Shown: positions 1 through 13,496, counted from the whole stretch's first letter. The stretch is 54,663 bases of DNA, filler included, from Catajapyx aquilonaris (GCA_000934665.2; 2 parts of 2 records of this genome joined end to end with filler, not necessarily neighbours in it); one strand, 5' to 3'. Program-made: numbers and translations. The notes: generated by a model not told the origin, from the sequence alone.

Positions 1-403
1 CTATTTTCAGTAACGGTTACTTAAATAACAGTTATTGCAAAGTAGCTGTTATTTGTAGTTTTGTACTACCGACGAGGGGAGCGGATCCGCGCTGATATGG
101 GCCCATCTGGCCACCTGATTGGCTGGCTAGCTTCCAAGATCCTCTCATTCATGGCTGCATGGGGCATGCCACGTCTGGTAGGGTTCGGACGGTTCGGACA
201 CTCTTTTCTTACCGCCTGATCCCAGATATTTTGTCTCTCAGGCAACATGGGGCAGCAGCATCCATCTTACCTCGCGGATTCAAGCCAATCACGCAGTCCG
301 TGATCGTTGAACTCCCAACCACGAGATGGCATGGCAAGAGCAGCTTAAAAGTCATTGGCTCCTTTTTAAATTAGAACAAATGAGCGCACAAGAAGCAAAC
401 AGT

Positions 404-480
404 CATATGACTTCCGTGGGCCCTGAGACACGTCTTTCCTCGGCCGTCATTTATGACTTCCGTGGCCCTCAACAGGTTAA
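404..480. mobile_element. Possible piggyBac-type non-autonomous element terminus
   Basis: Short subterminal direct repeat TATGACTTCCGTGG(G)CCCT occurs twice, then the sequence ends ...CAACAGG-TTAA. No partner end identified. Confidence 0.3.
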
Positions 481-720
481 CAGTTGTGGAAGATTTGAAA
501 AATATTCCTATATATATCATTATTGAAATAAGGTTGGAAATAAGTCGTCAACACAATAACCAACCACCGTCATATTTTTGCGCAAGGTTGTAATACGTAC
601 ATTGCCTAAGTAGGCTACTCGGAATAGCCTATTACTCACGAGTCTATTTCTCAAGAGTTTGACGTAGGTTTTGCATTTTAAGCCGAGCATCAGATTTTTT
701 CAAGGAGATGTTATTGTCCT

Positions 721-804
721 AATTGAATCACTTTTTATAAGAAGGGAACAAGTCCAAATTAAGGTTTTTGGACTTGCTCCCTTCTTATAAAAAGTGATTC
801 AATT
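721..804. repeat. Near-perfect inverted repeat (38-bp arms, 8-nt loop)
   Basis: 721-758 is the reverse complement of 767-804 with one mismatch (748A/777C). Confidence 0.95.
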
Positions 805-3066
805 GCAGTTTCCTTTGCACGAATCTTTAGAGTTTCAAAATCCTGCATTTTGATGCAATAATATCCTCTCCACTTCGGATTCCAGCTTTAATGCAGATTC
901 AGGACAAAGTTAGATGGTTCCTTTTCCTCTTTTTTTTGCATAATTTGTGCATTGCTCATAACAGTAGGCCTATATTACTACCATCCAGGGGTGATTAATT
1001 TGTCATTATTTTACTTGTTTACTGTAAATGCGCCTTTGAGTATGTAAGAACAAGAACGTAAGGCAAATTCGCATATTCTAATTACGTGCACCAAAATCTT
1101 GCAGATCTTGACGGTGGAGTTTTTGGCAGGTTTTTGGACCGATTTTTTCTATTTTTTTGTCCAAAATTCGATGTAGGAGTGATATTAATGAACGACAACT
1201 TCGTGCCAAAATTAACCATTTTATTAGTGGTGCTCCTTTTGAATGTAAAATACCGGAAAAAAATTCATATACATCCTTTTCTACAGGGTGTCCCAGAAAT
1301 ATTTTTTTAGAATCGTCTGTCTCTCAGAACGTCGATATATGCCTAACAAGTTTACTCAGTCACTATACATTGTTATTATGGTTACATAATATTACCACAA
1401 CACTGTACTATGAGAAACTCTCAATGGTCCAGACACTACGAGAAACCCTGTATACCGAGGGCTTATGTTTACATAAACGATCACGTGGGAGAAACATGGC
1501 CTTGGCCTACACGACTCACCTTGGCAGGGGCAGGGGGGAATATGCTGGGGTCACATGAAGTAACACCCCTCTGTGTGCATAAAAATATTAACGTACAGTA
1601 AATACAGTACTTCATAATATTGCCTCAACACACCGGAAAACCCTGTTATACGCATCGATATCCGCAGATATCACCCCATTCCATCAAGATTAGATCAATC
1701 TATTGCCTCCCTTAGTTGATTTTAATACGATAGTCCGTGATTAGAATAATCTTGGTCGTCTTCGTTACACCAACAACCATTAGAATATGATTAACTGAAA
1801 TCAGCACGGGGGAAATCACAAATTTTGCAGGGGGGATAATTAAGTCAGACCAAGATAATTATATTCATATGCTAACCATAGAGCATTATAGAGCTGTTAG
1901 TACAATGCAATAATAGTCACAAAGCCTAATGATAAAAATAATGCATTTTCCCCCGTGGAGAATAACAGTAGGCTAATTATTATTATTGAATAATTATTAG
2001 ACAAAAATAACAGACTCGCAAGCACACATTATTGGCATCAAGTTATAGGCAGCCTTGAATGCTGGACAAAGTTGTCGGCCTGAGACAAAGAATAGAAAAT
2101 GACAAAAAGTGAACTTAAGCCTTTTTTTGTAAGAGCTGATTCGATTTTGCCTTTTGCGAAGGATTTGAAAATAAACTATGGCTGCAGAGCGCTGATCTAC
2201 CTGGTTGACTATTTGTCGAGTCTCAACGAATGCAACTGGGTGCTTCGTGGAAAATGCTAATGTGCAAGACAAAATCGAAGGAATGATCAAGACATTCCAG
2301 TGTTGGGAATTTTGTGTACAAGGCTTGCTTTTATTGTACTTGGCATGCATTCCAACACTCCAAAAATTTCAACAAGCAAAAATACAATTATTATTGTGAA
2401 GCAGAGCAGACTCTATTATGTAAGAAAAAGGGCGTCACCAAAATATTGACTAAAACTCCAAGGTTAAGTTCAAAGAGAGAATGTTAATTTTACAAGCACG
2501 CGTTGATTATATTACCTGTCAGCATCATCATATGTAATGTATACCAAAGAGTTACTGTACTTAGACCTCTGCAAAGTTGGAGATATTTTCTAATTTACTG
2601 TATTCATAACCCAGCCATTTGGGCCAGTTTTATAGGAAAAAGTATACAGCAGGGAAAATGTACCACTAGTTTATGAACTCAACAAAATTTGAATCCATAA
2701 TCATACATAATAGCATAATTTACTCCTAATTGAAAGTGATTCATCATGCCCTGATACAATACATTTGTCAGGACGAAACAGTGACTTGAAAAAGGGATGA
2801 TTTTGGATAATATTGATTCAAGGTTTACGTTTATATATAGTTATGGTTTGTAGCGAATGATCATGATCGAACTCTCTGCAATACAAAGAATACACTCCTT
2901 CTGCTCGAAATCCGTGATAATTCTGAAACAGGTCACCATTTTCCAAAAATCATCATATTAAAATAAATACGCAGCTTTTTTCTAATAAAATAATTGGCCT
3001 GCTATCAATGTCAAAAGAGGTGCACAATTCCGTAATGGCATTATATAATCAATATTGTAACAAGTT

Positions 3067-3073
3067 TATAAAG
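3067..3073 (+). promoter_or_regulatory. Putative TATA box of elongase copy 1, followed by a non-coding exon with donor at 3209
   Basis: TATAAAGCAGCTCCTTGTTTTGACGCC is conserved at 10719. Both copies are followed about 140 nt later by AG|GTAAAATA. Confidence 0.5.
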
Positions 3074-3936
3074 CAGCTCCTTGTTTTGACGCCAAACGTT
3101 TCAAGGTTTTTGGGAAATGTATTGCTGATGGTGATTCGCCCGACGTGACCAGATTCAATAGACTTCTATGGTTTTGCATGATCATGTCCAAAGCCTTTCA
3201 TATTCAAGGTAAAATACAGCGAGAGTTAGTTTAATGCAGAAAGGGGGTAATAATAACCTGACATAATTATATGATTGTGTATCTCCTGGTCAAACGGTCC
3301 TAAAAACCAAAAAATTTGAATTTTTTTCCAATTTTTTTTCCTAGTGTCTTTCAAGAATTCGCGGTTTTAATTACTGTAAGCACGTGCCAACTTATTAATT
3401 TTTTCTCGGCACGTAGAGAAGTTGTGAAGAGAGCAATCTCTTCACTAGATAATTATTAATTCAGTCGTGAGAGTTTGCCCGTCAAGCGACATATATTTTG
3501 CTGCGTACTACAAGGAAATAAAAATAAAATTATGCACTGCACGCGATTCTGTCACAGCCGACAGATAAGTACTTTTTATCATTGTAAGTCGACGGTACTA
3601 ATGCAAATTACAAATTCTATGCTCGTAAATGTCAATTGGTGTTGTTGTTTTTCCTCTGCCGCGGTAGACACGTTCACAATCCTCATCAGGATAAAAGCAA
3701 ATACGACCTAACCTCTGATGCATCACTGTTGTTTAAATCTCTTCTGCTGCTAGGACACTCATACCTGTGTCAATTCAGTGTTTCATAACAATTCAGACAT
3801 TTTAATGCACATACGGTACGTCTGGACTCCAATGGAGTAGGATCCCTTCTCATATAGGCTACATGTGTCCCTTGGTCGTCGCAGTCCAGATACCGAGATA
3901 GTGGCCTTCTATCACGAGGTAAGAATGCATATTAGG

Positions 3937-3937
<1 letters not shown>

Positions 3938-4018
<81 letters not shown>
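3938..4018. repeat. (ATT)27 microsatellite
   Basis: Perfect trinucleotide run. The paralogous site near 11061 has only about 4 units. Confidence 0.98.
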
Positions 4019-4100
4019 GCCATCATCAATGTCATAAGTTGCATATTGCAACGAAAGAAATCAGACAGTAGCAAAAATATCACAAGCCGAGTCCATCACT

Positions 4101-5630
4101 ATGAATGAATCCAGCGAGGACGTCACCAGTTTGATTCCATTTGTCAACCAGAAGTACAACTACCTGTTCCAAGGAAAGAAAGGTATGTATAGGCTTCACC
4201 TAACATCCAGCCTCTTTCATTCCTCGCAAATTATTTGCATGAATGGTTTCGTTCCAGACCCTCGAATGATGGAATGGCCATTGATGCAGAGTGGTTCACT
4301 TCCCTTTGGCACATCAATGGCTTATGTAATATTCGTTTGCTTCGTTCTTCCCAAGTTCATGGTGGGTCGACAGCCCTTCAGACTACAGAAGCTGATCTTA
4401 CTCTATAATGGCTTTCAAGTAATCCTCAACGCATGGATTATCTCACTGGTAAGTCTCTTACTTTCTCTCCCATATTTAAAACATGCTGCAATCATTCAAA
4501 TTCCCTTCAAGTGTGTCAGAGGAGGATGGTTCAACGGGTACAGTTTCTGGTGTCAGCCAATGGACTTCTCCAGGAGTCCAAAAGCGATGGCGGTAAACAT
4601 TGTCACAATAATGAAGCATTCAGTCTTATACTCAGCTATTTCGTCTTTTTGCAGACACTGCAAGCATGTTGGCTGTATTACATATCAAAGTTTGCAGACT
4701 TGATCGATACGGTAAGGCACACTGTTTATCAGTGCTATATGAATTTCATTGAAATGTGCATCATTTTCGAAAACAGGTATTTTTCGTGCTTAGGAAGCGT
4801 TACGGACAAGTGACTTTTCTACATGTATTTCATCACATGTCATTGCCCTTTTTGGTCTGGTACACCATCAGATACGTTAACGGTAAGTATGAAGCATCAG
4901 TTTATATACCAACATTATTTAGGAGTGTGCAGCAAATGAAAGTGATAAACGTTTTCATGTAGTAGATTCTTAATTTAGTAACGAATTTATTTAAATGTAG
5001 ACGTATGACAAGTGAATATTGCGCTGATATAGGAGCTTCGAACGGATTGCTTAACTTTACACTGGTTACTATAGGCTAAACAAATTTGTAACTTAATCCA
5101 TTCCTTTCAGAGCAGCTGCCATAAACAGTATGTTCACTCTCACTTGTCAGCATATTTATTATGTACATCACTTGCAACTAATTCATACAAGTATAAGGTC
5201 TGTTTTTTTTAATGCGAACAGGTGGTCACTGGACATTCTCTATTCTATGCAACTCTTTCATCCATGTTCTGATGTACACTTATTACTTGCTGGCTGGACT
5301 GGGATACCACAAATACCTCTGGTGGAAGCGCTATCTCACCACTTTGCAGATGGTAATTACATAAGACAATGCATAATCACGGATAATAAGTGTTGATTCT
5401 AATAGGTCCTGTATTATTTACAGGTACAGTTCATTATCATGATGGCTCATGAACATCTGTTATTTTTCATCGAGTGCGATTATCCTAAATTTACAAGGTT
5501 TATGAGCATCCCAACTGGTATGGCCATGTTGGTACTTTTCCACAACTTTTACGACCAGGCTTATAAAAAAAGCAGTGACAAGGTGTCAAGATTTATATGT
5601 AATGAGGTGTGTAAACAGAATAGTAATTGA
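4101..5630 (+). CDS. Very-long-chain fatty acid elongase (ELO/GNS1/SUR4 family, ELOVL1/7-like), copy 1, about 284 aa
   Basis: Exons 4101-4182, 4258-4448, 4512-4592, 4655-4711, 4777-4882, 5222-5352, 5424-5630. All introns are GT-AG and the exons total 855 nt in frame. Motifs [46 protein letters not shown]. Confidence 0.95.
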
Positions 5631-7655
5631 CCAACTACTGACTATGTCCAGACATGAATCAACACTTGAATTAAAACTTGAAAACTTGAAAACTTGAATT
5701 AAAAATATTTTTACACAATCTATATAATGTCTGACTGCAAAAGGCACGAATAACTCAAAGTTTCTATTATTAACAATAATTCGAATTTGCGTCACAACTG
5801 CTCTGTAATTAATTGTTCTTCCCATTTTCCAATAATCAGCACATATTACAGTGCAAAAATCTACCAAATTCCTTTAGTGTATAAACTGGACTGTATTATC
5901 CCTTCACAATATAACATTACTAACAATGAAACACTTATGCCCATATAGTACTTATGGCAAAGAAACTATTTAAATTGCAAAATGACGTGTTACTTCACTC
6001 TTCTACTGAATCGACGCACAAAACCATGATGTTTTCTTGCAGTAAGGGAAAAATGTCATAATAATCTTTTCTTGCTATGTTTGAAAATGCTCAATTTTCT
6101 GAGTTGCTTTTTGTTCCCAAAAGTTATAATATATTTCATTTTCTGTTTGCATAATGCCAGTACCTTTAGAATTGGTGTACTATGGCTGCAATGGGAAACC
6201 AGTAACTCACAAAATTAGCTCCACTAATTTTAAATGTAATGGAAAACTTGCAACACTAAAATATTGTTCATTGTTTATAATTTTAACACGAAAATTTTTA
6301 AAATTTAAATCTTCTTATCACCTGTGGTCATATTAAATTTGAAGAAGTTAATTTATGAATCAAAATATCTCAGATGGTTATTTAAAAATTGGGAATCACT
6401 GGTCTAAATGATGAAATCGAACAGCCTATAAGTCAGCCGATATACAGATTAATATTATTTTATGATGTAATTAAGGGACCGAACCTGTTCAACATGGAGG
6501 GAGGGGTATAGCTTCGTCATGTTTGTTTTCCTTATTGACTCACTCCGAAGGCACCTGTTATAGATATGATATTTCACAATATAATATATATACCAGTTAA
6601 GTCACTTCTTATGAATCTTACTGCTAGTTACTGTAGTTCAAGGACATGACTGTGATATCTGTACGGTACTGTACCATTGGCGTTACTGATTTATGCCTTT
6701 TGTTTATATGACACATTAAATTCTTCATCAATCATGAATGTTACATCAAGAGCATATAGTTATGATATAATTATTAATTCATCCAGAGAAGAAGGTTTGG
6801 TAACTCCCCAGGCATATAATTATTACAGCCTACTTTTTCGTCCATAAAGATAATGTGATGAAACATTATTTTTTATATTCGAAATTTTTTCGCGTTGTTC
6901 AGTCATGCTTCTGGATTAATACGCTCGTATTTTATTACCCAAGCAACCAACGGATAGAATAATTTATTATGCCTGCTGGAATAAGATTTCTTAAGTAGCT
7001 CCATGTGGTAAATTGGCAAGAAAATTACATATATCGACTATTTGAATGGTGCATTATTTTGTAGGGTTTTTGCCAATATCTCTTGCTGTATTTCAACCAT
7101 AAACCACAAAGAAATTGCATGTAAGAAATGGGCGCTTTCGAAATCATGAAATAAACGATGCTACATACGTCATACACTTTACTTTTTGTTTTCAATAACG
7201 TAATATTATTTAGAAGAATAAAAGCATTTTAGATGTTCTCCCAGCTTCACTTCTCGTCGTGTTTCAGGGGCTGTCGCACACCAAAGCAATAGTAGTTTTG
7301 TTAAGTCGTGTTCTCGGAACGTTAGGTCCTACCTGTAATTTACGACACTCTGCCAAGAATCGTAAGTACAACGTGTAGGTACCGGTAATTATCACAAAAA
7401 ATTATAACAGGAATAGAAGAGAAATTAGAAAATCAGCTCTTTAAAAATTTGACTACATTCATCTCGATTCACCCGTTCCCTAACTTGCTTCAGTGAGTCT
7501 AAACAGACTGAAAATACTGTATTTCCTCCCAAGGAATGGCAGTGTGACAGTGCGAGTGATTTAGACTTGCACTGGGACAATCTTGACATTGGCCTGCGGT
7601 TATGATTATCCCTATATTATTTTATAGTAAAATATCACAGGCAGATTCCATCACG

Positions 7656-9409
7656 ATGAATGAATCCTACGAGGATGTCACCAATTTTATTACATTTGTT
7701 CGCCAGAAGTACAACTATCTGTTCCACGGAGGGAAAGGTAGGCTTCATCTGGCTTCTACATTGTATTCCTCGCAAATCATTTGCATGAATGGTTTCGTTC
7801 AAGATCCCCGCATGATGGAATGGCCATTACTGCAGAGTGGTACATTTCCCTTTGGAACATCATTGGCTTACGTGATTTTCGTTTGCTTCGTGCTTCCCAA
7901 ATTCATGTTGGGCAGACAGCCCTTCAGACTACAGAAGCTGATCTTACTCTATAATGGCTTTCAAGTAATCCTCAACGCATGGATTATCTCACTGGTAAGC
8001 ATACAATATTCTCGTCAATTTTCTAAACAATCAGGGAGTATCCACTATCATTTGAAATCCCTTCAAGTGTGTCAGAGGAGGATGGTTCAACGGGTACAGT
8101 TTCTGGTGTCAGCCAATAGACTTCTCCAGGAGTCCACAAGCGATGGCGGTAAACATAATTTTGCTAATAATATTATTAAACGTTCAATTTTCCTCAGCTA
8201 TGTCGTCTCTTTGCAGATACTTCAAGCATGTTGGATGTACTACATATCAAAATTTGTGGACTTGCTCGATACGGTAAGGCGCAATTTATTCGTGCTTCGT
8301 TGCATTGAATTACGGTACGGTTCATAAAATCTTAATTATATGCGAAAACAGGTGTTTTTCGTCCTGAGAAAGAGCTACGGACAAGTCACCTTCCTGCATG
8401 TGTTTCATCACATGCTATTGCCCAACTTGGTCTGGTACACCATTCGATTCGTTAACGGTAGGTACAATGCAACAGTTCACTCTACAACATCATCAGAGAG
8501 AGGGTTTGGCATTGCTTATCATAGAAATAAATTTAAATGTAGACGTAACGTGAGTAACATTGAGCACATATGAATATGCCCGGCAGTGTTGCTTCTCTTT
8601 ACACGGGTAGCTCTGTTAAACAATTCGTCACTTTTCCCCATATCCACTTTTAGAGTTGATGCTTTGAGCAATGTGCAAATCTGTGCAGAATTTATGCACT
8701 TTATGGAATATCAACATAAAGACAACAGCATGTTTTTTTTTCTTGTGGGCATAGGTGGTCAATGGACATTCTCCGTTCTGTGCAACTCTTTCATCCACGT
8801 TCTGATGTACACTTATTACTTGTTGGCTGGACTGAGATACCACAAATACCTCTGGTGGAAGCGATATCTGACCACCTTGCAGATGGTAATTATATCTACG
8901 TAGAAGAAGATGCAGATACACATAAAAAGGGTGTTCCAAGTTTATGAGCTGTTTTTAGGTATCACTGATATCGCCCGAAGTCATTATGTTTGAGTAGCTT
9001 GTGTTATGCCCCGATCCAGGTGCCTCAGTCCAGCCTCAGTACATATCAGATGGTCGAATGTGGCAGTGGCTGTTGAATATGGCACCTGGTTCTGGGTGCA
9101 ACAAGCTACAAAATAATAACAGCTTTGATCCAAATTTCCTACGACTGAAACGACTCACGAACTTGGAACACCCTGTTTATAATCAGTATTGGTGCATATA
9201 ATTTGTTTAAATATTATTATTATTATTAATTGCGACTATATTCTTTATAGCTACAGTTTATCATCATGATGGCTCATGAACATTTGCTATTTTTCATCGA
9301 GTGCGATTATCCGAAATTTACAAGGATTTTGAGCATTCCGAGTGGAATAGCCATGTTGGTACTTTTCTACAATTTTTATGCCCAGGCTTATAAAAAAGAT
9401 ACTCAATGA
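7656..9409 (+). CDS. ELOVL1/7-like elongase, copy 2, about 268 aa
   Basis: Exons 7656-7737, 7804-7994, 8068-8148, 8217-8273, 8352-8457, 8755-8885, 9251-9409. The first six exon sizes (82/191/81/57/106/131) match copy 1. Motifs [26 protein letters not shown]. Confidence 0.95.
8927..9175. mobile_element. MITE (Tc1/mariner-like TIRs) in intron 6 of elongase copy 2
   Basis: The left end AAGGGTGTTCCAAGTTTATGAG matches the reverse complement of the right end, CAGGGTGTTCCAAGTTCGTGAG. This intron is 365 nt versus about 70-80 nt in the paralogs. Confidence 0.8.
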
Positions 9410-9589
9410 CAGGCTATAAAAAAATTGTCGACGAATAGAAACATGTGTAAACAGACGAATAAAATCTTTTGAGATGATATTAAAATGTTACAAGATTCCC
9501 CCAAAATGTCATAAGTTTGTTACATTTTCCTAAACAATTTTCCGATAACTGTTAGAACAAAAAAAGTTGAAACACTCTTATATAAACCG

Positions 9590-9990
9590 ATATATAAACC
9601 TTAGAAAGTGCGATAAGAAATCATGTAAGATTCATTATCACCTGTCGATTCTGACACCTCCTGTTCTGACAAGAGTCGTTTTCCGTGTAATTACATTCAT
9701 CAGTAATAATTACGCGCAACTGTTGCGTGTTGAAGGAGTCAAGTGGCTTGAGGTCATTATATGCAGACAGAATGTCACACTTTCATGATTGGTTACAGCA
9801 GAAGCGCAGGACTCCACCCAATATCATCCATTAAAAGTACTTGCACGCTTAAGAAATACACGTGCACTCCATTTAAAAAAACATGTTCAGCAGTTTAATA
9901 AAGGTTGCTCTCACGCTCTGTCTGCACCAGTGAAATAATAGTCCTTACGTACACTATATGCAGAGTCTCCAAATTGAGGTTCCTGTTTCT
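9590..9990 (+). repeat. Segmental duplicate (3' flank of copy 2), second copy at about 11222-11630
   Basis: Shared blocks such as ATATAAACC-TAGAAAGTGC, TTATCACCTGTCGA-TCTGACACCTCCTGTTCT and AGTCTCCAAA. Confidence 0.85.
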
Positions 9991-10044
9991 CTTAGCGATT
10001 TATAACTAAGCTACTCGCTATCGTTCAGACATGTAATAAATTTT

Positions 10045-11115
10045 TATTGTGTAGTTGAGCAGACTATATTATGCAAGAAAATGGGCGTCATCAAAATATT
10101 GACTAAAACGCCAAGGTGAAGTTCGATGAGCGAATGTTAATTTTATAAACATGTCGTGTTGATAATAATTACCTCTCAGCATTATGACATGTACCAAAGA
10201 GTTAAGGCCTCTGAAAAGTCGGATATATTTTCTAATATACTGTATTTATATAACCCAACCATTTGGATTTGGGTCATCAGTTGTAGGAAAAATTAAGGAA
10301 AATGTACCATTAGTTTATGTACTATATTTCAATCAAGAACATAATAGCATAAAAGATAAAACTCTTTAACTCTAGTTGATACTACCGGCCCTGATACATG
10401 TCAGGGAAAAACAGTGACTTGAAAAGGGGGTGATTGAATGATAATAATAATTCTAGGTTTAAGTTTATAGTCATGGTGTGTAGCAAATGATCATGATCGA
10501 ACTATCTGAAGTATGAAGGATATACACGCACTCGATGATAGAAATGCGTGGTATGGTGTAATAATTACGAAACAGGTCAACATTTTCCAAATATTTGTAT
10601 TTAAAAAATAAATAAAATCATGTACAGCTATTATCTAAGAAAATTATTGGCCTGCTATCAAGGTCAAGAGAGGCGCACAAATCCTTACAATGACATTATA
10701 AATCCCTTATAACAAGTCTATAAAGCAGCTCCTTGTTTTGACGCCGGACGTTTCAAGGTTTTGTGGAAATGTAATGCTGATCGGGAATTCGCACGTTGCC
10801 CGATTCAGCTATAAAGATTTCTATGGTTATCCCTAATCATGTCCCAACTCTTTACTTATATTCAGGTAAAATAGGCCTACAAAGAGGATAAGAATATCTG
10901 CAGTAGTTATTATACTCTTTGGTAAAATACAGGGTAAGCATGTGCCAGCTTATAATTTTTTTCCCCGACACGTTAGAGAAGCAACATGTGTCACTTACTG
11001 TTATAGTTGCCGCAAATCCGGAGATAGTGGCCTAATGACACGAGGTATAAGATATCTGGGTATTATTATTATTGCCATAATCATTATAATAATATGCATA
11101 AGTTGCATATTGTAC
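10045..11115 (+). repeat. Duplicate of the copy-1 upstream region (about 2390-3430 and 3890-4050)
   Basis: Colinear blocks GGGCGTCA.CAAAATATTGACTAAAAC, AACAGTGACTTGAAAA, ATGATCATGATCGAACT, the TATAAAGCAGCTCC block, GAGATAGTGGCCT and CATAAGTTGCATATTG. Confidence 0.9.
10719..10725 (+). promoter_or_regulatory. Putative TATA box (paralog of 3067), donor at 10866
   Basis: Same TATAAAGCAGCTCCTTGTTTTGACGCC block as upstream of copy 1. Confidence 0.45.
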
Positions 11116-11654
11116 AGATTTGAAGGAGAAAAATTATATTCCCTTTCGTTAGCTGATAGTTGCCTAGCAGTTGTTAATGTTCAATAAGTCATGATAGTAC
11201 ATCACCAACAAATCAGATTCTATATATAAACCTAGAAAGTGCACTAAGAAATCCTGTATGATTTATTATCACCTGTCGACTCTGACACCTCCTGTTCTCA
11301 CAAAAGCCGTTTTCCGTGTAATTGAGTGTACATTCAGTAGTAATTAATTGCACGCAACGGTTGCGTGTTGAAAGAGTCAATTGCAAGAAATTATTGCGGT
11401 TTGAGGCTCATTATGTGCAGGAAGAATGTCACACTGTCATGATTGGTTGCAGGACCCAACCTCATGTCATCCATTAAGAAAGAGAACTTGCAAGCGTAAT
11501 ACATGCACGTGCATTCAATTTTTTAAGAAACCATGACGATCAGCACTTTAATAAAGGTAAATTTTTCTGTCACGCTCTGTCTACATCAGTGAAATATATT
11601 GTTCTTTCGCACACTACCCAGTCTCCAAACAACTCGTGTGCTTACCCCCCGAAT

Positions 11655-13496
11655 AGTGTATAATTATAAGTCGGGAAGTAATGGTTTTTCACAATATAAC
11701 TAACAATTAATTTCTTGTGTCTGTTGTACTCTATGGGAAAGTAAAGAGTTTACAATGCAATATGCCGTATTACTCTACTTCTACTGGCATAAGCACAAAA
11801 CCAATATGTTTTCTTGCAGTATGGGGAAAAATATTGGCTAATTAATTACTATAATAAACATGCCTATCATTCCAGGGTTAATATTGCAGTGACCCACTCT
11901 AATTTTTCATTTTAATGATTGCTAATAATATTGCATAAAAAATTGTACCTTAACTCGATATGTTTGCCTAATTAGCTTCCGACAGAGCAATAATCAAATG
12001 TGAAAATAGCGATTTTGCCATTTTTGTCAACGTCATGTCTCATGTGGCCACAGAGAGGGTTAAGAGTATTGTAGAATTTATACTAATAGTATTTTCTTGC
12101 AATGTTTGAAAATGCTCAATATATTTTCCGAGTTTCTTTTTGATCCCAAAAGGCACCAGTAGGCTACATTTTTTAATTTTTTTTTAATGATTTTGCAACC
12201 CTATTTGCAGAATGCGGAAACCCTTGAAATGTGTGCAGCCTACTTCAATGGGAAACCAGTAACTCACGAAATTAGCACCAACCATTTAACAAAATTCATT
12301 AAAAACTTGCAACCCGAAAATTATTCTTAACATTTTATCATTTTTATCAAAAAATATATATATATTAAAATCTTTTCTTCTCCTTCTGTGGTCATTTTAA
12401 ATTTGAAAAAGTTATTTTACAAATCCAAATATCTTAGGTGAGTATCAAAGTAGGCAAAAATCACTTTTTATAACCTAATGTTACGATAAACAACTTAGAC
12501 TAAAACTTCCTTGGGTTATTCCAAAATCAATCCTGGTGCTGATGTGATGAAACATTATTTTATATTCGAAACTCTTGCGTTTTTTTCTGTCAGACTGCTG
12601 GATTAATATTATAGCACCCAAGCAATAAATATTCTCGTGAGTGCTATAGGATAAGATTTCGCAATAAATTGACGCATAGCTGCATGTGGTAAATTGACAC
12701 ATAAATTATTTACATAACTTATATTTACCAACCATTTGTCCGATATGCAACTGCAGACCCTTTGCTATAGTATTACGCGATGCCTTGCAACCAGAGAGGA
12801 CAAAAGCGATTTGTTTATTCGATGTTAGCAAGATGAACTCGAAATTATGAAATAAACGATGTTATACGTCATATAAATTGATTTTTTTTGCCTTTTCAAA
12901 TGCATAATTATTTAGCAGAATAAAATGCACTGCTGAAATTCTTCCCAGCTTCACTTCTCATCGTGTTTAAGGCGCTGTTGCACACCAAAGCAATAGTCGT
13001 AGTGTTAAATCATGTTCTTGGAGTGTTAAGTCATACTATCCTCCTTACAACTCTCTAACCAATAATCGTAAGTACAACATGTAGGCACCTGTAGTATTAT
13101 TACAAGAAAATATTGCACTCAGAGAAATGGAAGACAAAATAGAAATGATCTCTTTAGAAAATCGACCGCATTCACCTCGATTCTTTTCCTCACTTGCTTC
13201 AATGAGTATAAACAGACCTAAAAATTATTTTTTTGTGTTTAATCCTTAAGAAACCTTCATTCATAAGTAACTCATCAAAAAGCTGGTATAGTGCATCACA
13301 AGATCGGCAGATATCGAACATTGCAACATATTTTGCAATTAGAAATATAAGCTTCTTGAAATTATAAACTCTCGGCAATTTCAACAGTGATTTCAATTCT
13401 TAACTTCTCTTATTGGCTTGGGTTCGTCAATTGTCTGTGGTTGTGATTCTCCTTGTATTATTTGTTAGTAAAATATCACAGGCAGACTCCATCACG
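11655..13496 (+). repeat. Duplicate of the copy-2 upstream region (about 5875-7655)
   Basis: Shared TTCACAATATAAC, TGTTTGAAAATGCTCAAT, AATGGGAAACCAGTAACTCAC, ATGTGATGAAACATTATTTT, CCCAGCTTCACTTCTC and AATCGTAAGTACAAC. Carries an extra insertion at about 11840-12085 that contains GAGAGGGTTAA. Confidence 0.85.

Noticed and set aside
1000..2400. ORFs 1157-1558, 1997-2350 and neighbours
   Set aside because: No recognisable motifs or exon structure. AT-rich intergenic DNA with scattered CAGGGTG MITE-like ends.
3859..4083. Poly-Tyr / poly-Ile ORFs
   Set aside because: They are translations of the (ATT)27 microsatellite.
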